Positions 1 to 8,800 of a DNA stretch of 38,357 nt are shown here, piece after piece. The position numbers and the translations under genes were made by a program. The stretch spans positions 1 through 38,357 of the forward strand of contig CAZKYJ010000001.1 in the NCBI GenBank assembly GCA_964556355.1, read 5' to 3'. Under the pieces are notes generated by a model that was not told where the DNA came from, did no database searches, and was given only the letters and a program-made list of their open reading frames with translations. Every line of letters starts with the position of its first letter. Position 1 is the stretch's first letter. The stretch is from an uncultured Verrucomicrobiales bacterium. Lineage in GTDB: Bacteria > Verrucomicrobiota > Verrucomicrobiia > Verrucomicrobiales > DEV007.

Positions 1-454
1 AGGCGAGCGGCTCCACCCTCAGCCGGAAAAGCACCGCGATCCCGAATACGATCCCGCAGAGGTGGGCCGCGAGACAGTAAGGGCAGAACGCCCGCTCGAC
101 GACAAAGAGCAGCCCGAGGAACCACGCCGCGGCCAGCAGTGCCGCCAAGGCCGCCACCCGCAGCCCCACCGTGGCAACCGCCGGCTTCGCCCGGAACACC
201 GCCGGCAGCATGAGCACAAGGGCGCCCGCGTAAAGCGCCGCCGCCAGCGCCGTGACGGGCACCACGAACCATTGCGACCACCGCCCGCCTAGCACCTGCG
301 CGCAGCCTCCCGCTCCGCCACAGCCGACGATCGAAGAAATCTGGCCGGTCGCCTTTTGGTAGATGAGGAAAATCGAGATCCCAAGCGCGATCAGCGCGGC
401 CGCGCGGGCGGGCCAGAGGGGGGGGACGGTCGGTCGGTCGGCGGGGGTGCTCAT
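1..454 (-). CDS. Vitamin K epoxide reductase (VKOR)-family membrane protein; N-terminal ~151 aa only, the CDS runs off the window start
   Basis: It is absent from the ORF track because it has no stop inside the window. Hand translation from the ATG at 454..452 gives MSTPADRPTVPPLWPARAAALIALGISIFLIYQKATGQISSIVGCGGAGGCAQVLGGRWSQWFVVPV...VVERAFCPYCLAAHLCGIVFGIAVLF. It shows the VKOR signature: a loop Cys pair (C-x5-C), a following Ser/Trp region and a membrane-embedded CxxC (CPYC), within several hydrophobic helices. Confidence 0.65.
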   Translation of the reverse strand, partial: MSTPADRPTVPPLWPARAAALIALGISIFLIYQKATGQISSIVGCGGAGGCAQVLGGRWSQWFVVPVTALAAALYAGALVLMLPAVFRAKPAVATVGLRVAALAALLAAAWFLGLLFVVERAFCPYCLAAHLCGIVFGIAVLFRLRVEPLA

Positions 455-502
455 CACCCCACCGCTACCGCGATTCCCGGGAGACGGAAAGCGGGATTTC
501 AG

Positions 503-1996
503 TCAGACGACCAGCCAGGTCCACAGGATGCAGACCACCGGTGCGACCGCCGCCATGAGGAGCCCGCCCGGGAGGAAATCCCGCGTCGCCAACTGGCCGG
601 ACGAGAACGCGACCGCGTTCGGCGGCGTCGATACCGGGAGGAGGAGCGCGGCCGAGCACGAAAGGGCGACCGGGGCGAGCAAGGCGAGGGAGTCGCCGCC
701 GTCGGACAAGCCTACGGCGATGGGCAACAGGATGCTCGCCGTGGCCGTGTTGCTTACGAAATTGGACATCAGTACGGCGACGTAGCAGAAGGCCACCGTG
801 ACCGCCCAAGTCGGCCACGTCGTCGGGATGAGGCTGGAGAGCCACTCGGAGAGCCCGGTTGACTCCACGCCATAGCCCAGCGCCAGCCCGCCCGTCAGCA
901 GCAGGAGGACGTCCCACGGCAGCCGCCGGATCTCGTTGAACGTCATCACCCCGGTCACCGATAGCAACGCGGTCGCAAAAAAGGCGACTTCCGGCGGAGT
1001 GATCCCATGCCATGCCTCGGTCATCCACAGCGCGATGACGGCGGCGCCGGTGGCGCCCACCAGGAACCGTTGCCGCGTTCGCTCGGGCGTCCCCGGCCCG
1101 CCGGATCCCTTGAGATCGAGTCCCGCGAGGAGGTCGTCGGACGCCGGAAACCGCCTGACCAGCGAGATCCATGCGATGCCCCCGAGCGCCAGGGCGGGTG
1201 GGATGCCGATCCCCATCCAGCGGAGGAACGACACGCCGTCCCCGTCCGGGAGCGCCCCGGCGGCGATGGCGTTGGGTGGTGTCCCGATGAGCGTGCCCAT
1301 CCCGCCGATGCTCGCCGCCATGGCCACTCCCAGCGGGAGTGCGCGGGCGAACGGGGTCCCGCTGGGGAGTCCCGTGACCACTGGGGAGAGGATGGCCAGC
1401 ATCATGGCGGCGGTCGCGGTGTTGGAGAGCACCATGCTGAGAAAAAACGTCGCTGCCATGACCCCGAGCAGCAACCAGCGCGGGCGTTTGCCGAAGGCGC
1501 CTACCACCCGGCGGGCCAGCGACCGGTCGAGCCCGGTGGCCACCGCCGCCTGCGCCAGGACGAAGCCCCCCAAGAAGAGCCAGATGAGCGGCGACGACCA
1601 CGGCGCGAGGTAGTCCAGCCAGGCCTTCTCCTCCTGCCCCTCCGCATGGCCGAGCAGCGCCATCTCCAACGCGATGACGAGCAGCCCGACGGAGAACGCG
1701 GGGAGCGCTTCGGTCATCCAAAGCGCCGCCGCGAGGACGAGGATCCCCAACATGCGGACGGCGAGCGGGTCGAGATCGTCGTACCAACCCCATCCCGCGA
1801 TGCCCGGGATCACGGCCGCCGCAAGCGCGAGCGCCGCACAAGCGATCGTCTTGGTCAGGGCGAGCGGTACCGAGAACCGGTGCCTTCCGAGCAGTCGCTT
1901 GCCCTGGGCACGCGTTTCGCCACCCCGGAAGTCCGGGTTGGGATCCCGGCTCCCCTCGTCGGGCCGGGGCGCCTCTTGGAATGGGTCTTCGGGCAT
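503..1996 (-). CDS. DASS/SLC13-family anion:sodium symporter (di/tricarboxylate or sulfate type)
   Basis: The 497-aa ORF is polytopic and hydrophobic. It carries the duplicated hairpin-tip motifs GTPPNAIAAG and VSTPPNAVAFSSG typical of DASS transporters. It starts 8 nt after the glpD stop. Confidence 0.85.
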   Translation of the reverse strand: MPEDPFQEAPRPDEGSRDPNPDFRGGETRAQGKRLLGRHRFSVPLALTKTIACAALALAAAVIPGIAGWGWYDDLDPLAVRMLGILVLAAALWMTEALPAFSVGLLVIALEMALLGHAEGQEEKAWLDYLAPWSSPLIWLFLGGFVLAQAAVATGLDRSLARRVVGAFGKRPRWLLLGVMAATFFLSMVLSNTATAAMMLAILSPVVTGLPSGTPFARALPLGVAMAASIGGMGTLIGTPPNAIAAGALPDGDGVSFLRWMGIGIPPALALGGIAWISLVRRFPASDDLLAGLDLKGSGGPGTPERTRQRFLVGATGAAVIALWMTEAWHGITPPEVAFFATALLSVTGVMTFNEIRRLPWDVLLLLTGGLALGYGVESTGLSEWLSSLIPTTWPTWAVTVAFCYVAVLMSNFVSNTATASILLPIAVGLSDGGDSLALLAPVALSCSAALLLPVSTPPNAVAFSSGQLATRDFLPGGLLMAAVAPVVCILWTWLVV

Positions 1997-2004
1997 CGGT
2001 CCGC

Positions 2005-3462
2005 TCAGGCGACGTAGCGCCGGGCCAGCACCCGAAATCCCTCGACCTGAGCTCGTTCCCAGGCGGGGTCGCGGGCGAGTTCCTGCGCCATGATTCTGGC
2101 AACCTGGGGAGCACGTTCCATGCTCGCCCGGGCATCAAGAATCAGCGCTCGGCTCCGCCGGGTTAGAACATCTTCTACCGTGCGGGCATATTCGTGACGC
2201 ACCGCGTGAACGATCTGCGCGTCGGAGAGGTCGGTGGGGGCGGCGACCGCCCGGATGGGAAGGCTGGCTGTCGGACACTCGCGCGGTGGTAGACCGCCAA
2301 CCACCACCGCCTGATCAACCACGTCCTCCGCCATGTGCCGGTAGGTCGTCCACTTGCCGCCGGCGATGGTCACGAGTCCCGAGCCCGCCGTGACGATCGT
2401 GTGGTCGCGGGAAATGGCGGACGTTCGGCCGCCCGACCCGGGCGGGCTGACCAAGGGGCGAAGCCCGGCGAAGACCGAAAGAATGTCCCCGCGCCCCGGC
2501 ACGGCACGCAGGTAGGGTGCCGCCGTCTCCAAGATGTAGCCGATCTCCGCGTCCGTCGGGCGGGGGTCGAGTTCGGGTGCGTCGGCGGCCACGTCGGTCG
2601 TGCCCAGCAGCACGCGCCCGTGCCATGGTACCGCGAACAGAATCCGGCCGTCGGGGGTCGAGGGCACCATGATCGCCGAGCGCCCGCCGATGAACCGCTC
2701 GGGAAGCACGAGGTGAGATCCCCGGCTCACCGACAGCATGGGCTCCGCCGCCGGGTCGTCGAGCCGTCGGAGCCGGTCGGTGAAGATCCCCGTCGCGTTG
2801 ATGACCACTTTTGCCCGACACTCGAACGTGTTGCCGGATTCCCTATCCTCCGCCGCAAGCCCCGCGATCCGCCCGGCGGAATTCTTCAGCAACTTCGTGA
2901 CCCGGACGTGGTTCAGTACCGTCGCCCCGTGGTCGGCTGCGGTGAGCGCGAGGCCGACCGCCAGCCGCGCGTCGTCAAACTGCCCGTCCGCGTAGGCAAC
3001 CCCGCCGCGAAGGCCATCGGGGTTGGCGTTGGGGAGCCGCGCTAGGGTCTCATCCTTGTCCAGCAGACGCGCCGGCGTCAGCCCGAGATCCCGCGCCAAG
3101 GCATCGTAAAGTTTGAGGCCTGTAAAGTAGTAGGGTTTCTCCCACCACCGGTAGGCCGGGATGACGAACTCCAGTTCGTGGCAGACGTGGGGCGCATTGC
3201 GCAGCAGCCGCCCCCGCTCGCGAAGGGCGTCCAGCACGAGCGGCACGTCACCCTGCCGCAGGTAGCGCACGCCCCCGTGGACCAGCTTCGTGCTCCGGCT
3301 CGAGGTCGCGTTCGCGAAATCGTTCGCCTCGAGCAGCAGCGTTCGGTAGCCGCGTGCGGCGGCGTCCACCGCTGCCCCCAGCCCGGTCGCACCACCCCCG
3401 ACCACCAAGATATCGAACGGGGTCTCGGCGGCGGCTGCGAGCGCCTGGTCGCGGGTGGTCAT
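2005..3462 (-). CDS. glpD: FAD-dependent glycerol-3-phosphate dehydrogenase/oxidase
   Basis: The 485-aa ORF has the N-terminal dinucleotide fold FDILVVGGGATGLGAAVDAAARGYRTLLLE, followed by the GlpD-type signature ATSSRSTKLVHGGVRYL. Length and C-terminal helical region are as in GlpD. Confidence 0.9.
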   Translation of the reverse strand: MTTRDQALAAAAETPFDILVVGGGATGLGAAVDAAARGYRTLLLEANDFANATSSRSTKLVHGGVRYLRQGDVPLVLDALRERGRLLRNAPHVCHELEFVIPAYRWWEKPYYFTGLKLYDALARDLGLTPARLLDKDETLARLPNANPDGLRGGVAYADGQFDDARLAVGLALTAADHGATVLNHVRVTKLLKNSAGRIAGLAAEDRESGNTFECRAKVVINATGIFTDRLRRLDDPAAEPMLSVSRGSHLVLPERFIGGRSAIMVPSTPDGRILFAVPWHGRVLLGTTDVAADAPELDPRPTDAEIGYILETAAPYLRAVPGRGDILSVFAGLRPLVSPPGSGGRTSAISRDHTIVTAGSGLVTIAGGKWTTYRHMAEDVVDQAVVVGGLPPRECPTASLPIRAVAAPTDLSDAQIVHAVRHEYARTVEDVLTRRSRALILDARASMERAPQVARIMAQELARDPAWERAQVEGFRVLARRYVA

Positions 3463-3559
3463 GGCGCGACTATGGCAGCGAATCGCCCGAAGTGGAACCG
3501 CTGCCCGCCGCCCGACCGCGCCGCAACGACCACTGCAGGCTGCTCAACTTGGACAGCGA

Positions 3560-5824
3560 TCACTCCTCCACCGAGAATATGGCGCGCGCTACGCTTTCCC
3601 CATCGCTGACTTCGAGGCGGTGCTCGCCGGGAACGAGGGGCCAGGCGGAAGCGGAAAGGGGAGTCCCGTTGACCGACCACGACAATGCTTCCCCTTGTCC
3701 TCCGACCGCCAAGAGGTCGATCTTCTGCCGGTCGCGGGCCAGGTGCGGGTCGATGAGGAAGCGCGAACCGTCGCGGGGCATGAGGATCTGTAGTTCGCCT
3801 TCGCCGTCGACGGTGGCGCCGAGGTAGTTATGGCTGCTGCCGCACCAGAGTGCGTAGTCGGGGGGGAGGACGAGCCTGTCTCCGTGGTAGAAATCATCGG
3901 CGCTGCCGACGGGGCCGGTGCCTTCGAGGAACCACTCGGAGACAGGGTGCGGGCTGGCAGCGGTCGGGACCGCTCCGGTCACCGCGCAGATCGGTAGGGA
4001 GGTCAGAGATCCCGACTCCTCCGGGGCAGGGACGTCCGGGTCCCCGCCGAGAATGCCGATGACGATGTCCCGCCAGAGGGGTGCGGGGCCGGTGACGGAG
4101 GCGAGCTCGCGCATGGGGGCACCCGAGAAATTGCCGACCCATACCCCCACGCAGTGGGTGCCGGTCGCGCCGATCGTCCAGGCGTCGCGGAAGCCCGAAC
4201 TCGTGCCGGTCTTGCACGGGATCCGGCGTGATTCGAAAGCCAGCGGCGTGAACGGGCCGAACGACTTCCGCCGCGCGTCGTTGTCGCTGAGGATGTCGGC
4301 CACGATGGCGGCGGCCTCGGGCGAGGCGATGACGCGGTGGGTGGGTGTGTCCGCCGGGGTGAAGCTGGGAAGCGTCAGGGTTCCCCCGCGGGCGAAGACG
4401 CCGAAGGCGGCGGTGACGTCGAGGAGGCGGACCTCGGCGTTGCCGAGGATGAGGCCCGCACCGTAGGCATCGAGCCCCCGGGGCGTCCGGATGCCGGCGG
4501 AGTCGAGGAAGGCGAGGGCGTTGCCGGCACCGAGCCGGGAGAGTGCGACGACGGCGGGGACATTGAGCGAGTTGGCCAGGGCCTCGCGCACGCGCACCGG
4601 GCCCCAGTAGCGCTGGTCGTAGTTTTTGGGATCGTAGTCCGGGTACTCCGCGCGGATGGCGTCGGGCGTGTCGGGAAGGAGGGTGGCGGCGGTGAGCAGG
4701 TGGCGGTCGATCGCGCTCAGGTAGACAAACGGCTTCAAGATCGAGCCGGACGAGCGCGTCAGAGTCACGCCGTCGATCTCGCCGTGCCGCCCTCCCCAGC
4801 CGCCGGAGCCGACCCAGGCGCGCACCGCCCCCGAGCCGTGATCGAGGATGACGGCGGCGGCGTCGTGCGCCCCGTGACGGGCGAGCCGCCGGAGGTGCAC
4901 GGCGACCGTCGATTCCAGCCTCGACTGGAGATCGAGGTCGAGGGTGGTCTGGATGGGGCCCCCGAGCCCGCCGGCTTGCTGGCGGAGGTGGGAAACGAAA
5001 TGGGGCGCTTTCCAAACTGCGGGTTTCCGGGGCAAGACGGTGGGTGTTTGGGTGACCCATTCTGCGAGCTGTTCGTCCGTCACAAGGCCGGCGGCGGCCA
5101 GCCTGTCCAAGGAATCGCGGTAGCGGGCGGCGGCGGCCGCCGGGCGGGACCACGGGTTGTAGCGGCTCGGTGCGCGGGGCAGGCCGGCGAGGAAGATCGC
5201 TTCCGGGGGGCTGAGGTTGGCGGCGGCTTTGCCGAAGTACTGGCGTGCGGCCGCTTCGACGCCACGGAACCGGTTGCCGTAGGAGATGTGATTGAGGTAG
5301 CGCGAGAGGATGGCGTCCTTCGACCACTCGCGCTCCAGGCGGAGGGCGGCGAGGGACTCGCCCAGCTTTGCCAAGAAGCTCCGGCGCCGGGGCGGCGCGG
5401 CGTTCTTGACGAGCTGTTGGGTGATGGTCGAGGCGCCGGAGACGATCTCGCCGTGGCGGAAGTTGGCGATCAGGGCACTGCCGATCGCAACGCCATCGAT
5501 CCCGCTGTGCTCCCAGAAGCGCTGGTCTTCCAGGCCGATGGTCGCGGTGATGAGCCACGGGGCTACCGAGTCCAAGCCGACGGGAAACTGGAGTCGTGCC
5601 CCCTCTCCCGGGAGCTCGGCGATGCGATCGCCGTGGCGGTCGAGCAGGATCGGTGTGCCGACGATACCGGCCTGCAGGGAAGCCGGCAGGCGAGCCGTCC
5701 GCACCGCGCTCTCGAAGGCGGCCGCGAGGAGGGCAAAACCGGCGGCGAGCGCGATGGACGCGCGCTTCCTCCGGATGAATCTACGGGACGGCGAGGATCT
5801 GGACATCGGCGGTGGTCGCGGCAA
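3560..5824 (-). CDS. pbpC: Penicillin-binding protein 1C (bifunctional GT51 glycosyltransferase / transpeptidase)
   Basis: GT51 motifs are present: EDQRFWEHSGID, GASTITQQLVKN and RLEREWSKDAILSRYLN. Transpeptidase motifs are SxxK (GSILKPF), SxN (NSLNVP) and KTGT (CKTGTSSG). The C-terminal beta-domain typical of PBP1C is present (LQILMPRDGSRFLIDP...). The start may be the internal Met at 5806. The CDS overlaps the end of the upstream A2M gene. Confidence 0.9.
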   Translation of the reverse strand: MPRPPPMSRSSPSRRFIRRKRASIALAAGFALLAAAFESAVRTARLPASLQAGIVGTPILLDRHGDRIAELPGEGARLQFPVGLDSVAPWLITATIGLEDQRFWEHSGIDGVAIGSALIANFRHGEIVSGASTITQQLVKNAAPPRRRSFLAKLGESLAALRLEREWSKDAILSRYLNHISYGNRFRGVEAAARQYFGKAAANLSPPEAIFLAGLPRAPSRYNPWSRPAAAAARYRDSLDRLAAAGLVTDEQLAEWVTQTPTVLPRKPAVWKAPHFVSHLRQQAGGLGGPIQTTLDLDLQSRLESTVAVHLRRLARHGAHDAAAVILDHGSGAVRAWVGSGGWGGRHGEIDGVTLTRSSGSILKPFVYLSAIDRHLLTAATLLPDTPDAIRAEYPDYDPKNYDQRYWGPVRVREALANSLNVPAVVALSRLGAGNALAFLDSAGIRTPRGLDAYGAGLILGNAEVRLLDVTAAFGVFARGGTLTLPSFTPADTPTHRVIASPEAAAIVADILSDNDARRKSFGPFTPLAFESRRIPCKTGTSSGFRDAWTIGATGTHCVGVWVGNFSGAPMRELASVTGPAPLWRDIVIGILGGDPDVPAPEESGSLTSLPICAVTGAVPTAASPHPVSEWFLEGTGPVGSADDFYHGDRLVLPPDYALWCGSSHNYLGATVDGEGELQILMPRDGSRFLIDPHLARDRQKIDLLAVGGQGEALSWSVNGTPLSASAWPLVPGEHRLEVSDGESVARAIFSVEE

Positions 5825-8800
5825 GGCGCTGGTCGTAGAGGAGGCTCGCCCGGGCGGCGGGCCAGGAAAACGTGCCCCCGGCCACGACTTGGGTGAGCAC
5901 GCTGTAGGTGCTCTCCCCGGCGGGGAGGGAGGCGAAGGTCAGCCGGATGCGCTGCGCGCCGTAGTCGGCGTGGCCGAGCTTGGCATCGGTCGGTTTGGCC
6001 GGGATCGCGAACGCTTTCTGCACCGCGGGCAGGTCGGGGTTGAGCGTCTCCAGCGCGGCGGGAAGCTGTTCCTCGAGAACCACGAAATCGCGCGGCCGGT
6101 CGGAGGTGATCCGGTAGTTGAGCATCACGTAGTCGCCGACCTTAAAGGGCGTGCCCGCCGAGCCATCGCGCCCCGGTTCGTTGTGCGAGTAGACCTCTCT
6201 CGTCATCGCGAGATCGGCACTGCCGACCGGTTCCGCGATCGCCGCGCGGTAGGTGGCACGAAGGAGCCAGTAGGCGGGGACGTTGGTTCGGAGCCCGGAA
6301 GAGAAATCGGCGTTCAGGTTGGCAGCCGGGTGCCGGAGCCAGCCCCGGGTGACGCCGTTGGGCGAGGCCACGTAGTCGTCGCGTCCGACCCCGGCGTCGG
6401 CGAGCCTCGCGGGATCCTCGAGCTGGAGGTAGGTGTCCGCCGCCAGGAGGCGCCAGATATTCTCTTGGGCGGTGAGCGGGCGGTCGTCGATGAGGAGGGC
6501 TTCGGCCAAGCGGTCGGAGCGGAGGCTTTCGGAGGCGCCGACTTCCTGCGCGTAGAGAGCCCCGAGCGTGAGCAGCCGGATGGCAGCGGCGCGTTGGGGG
6601 GTGCCGAGGGTCACGGGATCGAGCCCGTCCGGCAGCGGTGCACCTTCGATCTCTTGGGTGAGGGTTGCCCACTCGGCGTCGGCGAGCACCGGTCCGCGGG
6701 GGAGTTCCTCGCCGGCGTCGAGCGCATCAACCTGGGGGATCGCGAGCGCCAAAAAACAACGTCCCTCCAGCCCGAGACTTTCGTCACGGCGGGCGAAGAG
6801 CGCGCGGGCGGCGACGTGGAGGTCGCCATTGCTGGGCGAGTAGTAGTAGCGACCCGGCCGCCGTCCCGTGGCGGTGGCGAGCAGGGCGGCCGCCCGGACG
6901 AACGGAATCGCCTGGGGCAGATCCCCCGAGCGCGCGCCGATGGAGACGGGATCGTCTCGCCAGTAGGCGAGCTTGGTGAGGAGACGCTCGGACCACACTG
7001 ACGTGCGAACCGGCGGGCCGGTGTTTCCATCCTCGTCATATCCCATGTCGTCGTCCAAGGGCTCACCACTTTTCGCCAAACTGATCGCCCATGAGACCAA
7101 CGCGGTGGCCGGATCGTCCGGCTCGTCGCCCCCGGGGAACTGGGGGAGCCAACCGGCGGCTCCGGCCGGGATGATCGATTCTTCGACGAGGTCGGCGGCG
7201 ACCGCGGCATCCCTGGTCGCCTGGGCGAGTACCCATGAGGGAAGCCCATCGGGGGAACTGTCCCCCGTCGATGCCCACGGGAGGTAGGCGGCCAGGTGGG
7301 GTACCAAATACGGGGCGAGTGCCGACGAGGCGAGGTCCGCCATCGCGATCCCCTCGCCCGAGCCGGGGGAAAAGGTCGCGATCTGGGCGAGCCAGCGGGT
7401 GCCGGAAACCATGATATCGACCGAGCCGTCCGGTTGTGCGCTCCAGCGGGCGGGCGCGCTGGAGACGTCGTCCCAGGTCGCAGGGGGGGCGAGTTCGCCG
7501 GTGGCGATCTCGGTGCGCTCGGTGAAGCGGGGCAAGACGTCGAGTGTGACGGCGGCGCCATCCGAGAGGGCTGCTCCATCGGAGGCGATGGCTTGGAAGA
7601 CCAGCCGTAGCGTGGTGCCGACGCCCGCCTTACCCACCTTGATCCGTGCGGTTGCGACCTCCGATTCTCCCTGAGCCAGCGCCAGTGCCTGCGAACCGCC
7701 ATCGACTAGAGTGGCCGCGCCTTCGACCTCGACGGAGAAACGAACCGGCAAGTTCGGGGCCGCCTCCTGGGTGATCTGGCAGCGCAGGATGAGGTCGTCT
7801 CCCTCCCGGACGAACTGGGGGAGGAATGGTTCCACGCGCAGGGGATTGCTCACCGGCACCGACGTTTCGCCGGCGCCGATTTGGGTCGATGTCGTGTGGG
7901 CGAGCGCGGCGACCCGATAGCTGGTCAGGGAGTCGGGCGCCTCGAACGAGAACGGCGCACGGCCTTGGGCGTCGGTCTGAACCGAGGTGAGCCAGAGCGG
8001 TCGGGGGTTCTCGTTCTCCCGGATGATGACGGTGGGGATCAGGGTTTTCTCCCGCCCCGAGCCGAGGATATAGCCCTTTTCGAACTGCGAGAGCACATCC
8101 GCCTCGGCGGCGGTCCACTGCTTGCCCAAAGCCGCGTTGGTGATGACCCGGTGGTAGCGCTCGGGGTAGAACGGCTTCGTCGTGTCCGGCAGTTCCCAGT
8201 TCCCCAACGAGAGCACCGCATCGTCGATGGCGAAGACGACAACTTCCGCTCCGGCGACCGGCTGCCCTTCCGCCTCCACCAAGACATGCCCGGTCACCGG
8301 CTCGCGCACCCGGGATTGCGGGGAGTCGAGCACCGGCGTGACGGCGAGCTCGATGGCGGGATCCCGCACCGCGAGCGGGACGACGGCGAAGCGTTCGGCG
8401 GGCGCGCCGCCCGCGCCCGGAGCTCCCATGAGGTGGAGGCGGAGGAAGGCGTTCGGGAAGTAGTCTTTGCGCACCGGCACCTCGATCCGGCCCGAGGTGC
8501 CCGGCAGCTGAACGAGCGGGAGGGTTTCCAAGAGATCATCGGTCTCCACCGTGACGCGGATGGCACCGGCGAACGGGGTGCCCACCGCGATCACCGCCGT
8601 ATCGCCGACCGCCACCCGGTCGTCGACGAGCTCGGCCTCGAAGGAAAAGTCGTTGAGCACCACCATATCCGAGCGCTGGAGCACGCCGGGGAAGGCGGCG
8701 CTGACCGGTTGGGCGTGCGGGCTCTCGACAGGTACCGCCACGACCACGTAGTCGCCGGGCGCGCCGCTGGGAAGGACGCCTTCGAAGGGCAGTTCCAGCC

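Noticed and set aside
418-440. G8 run and (ggtc)x3 micro-repeat near the VKOR start
   Set aside because: It is short, in frame (encoding PPL / DRPT) and unremarkable for this base composition. I noted it only as a potential sequencing-error site.
465-2138. 557-aa alternative-frame ORF, plus similar long shadow ORFs (936-1613+, 1007-2017+, 3894-5558-, 4337-5896+, 5310-7001+, 6611-7702-, 7881-9446+, 11886-13562+, 19295-20743+, 24225-26039+, 26070-27278-, 35557-36720-)
   Set aside because: All overlap confidently assigned genes in other frames or strands, and all have Arg/Pro/Gly-dominated, motif-free translations.
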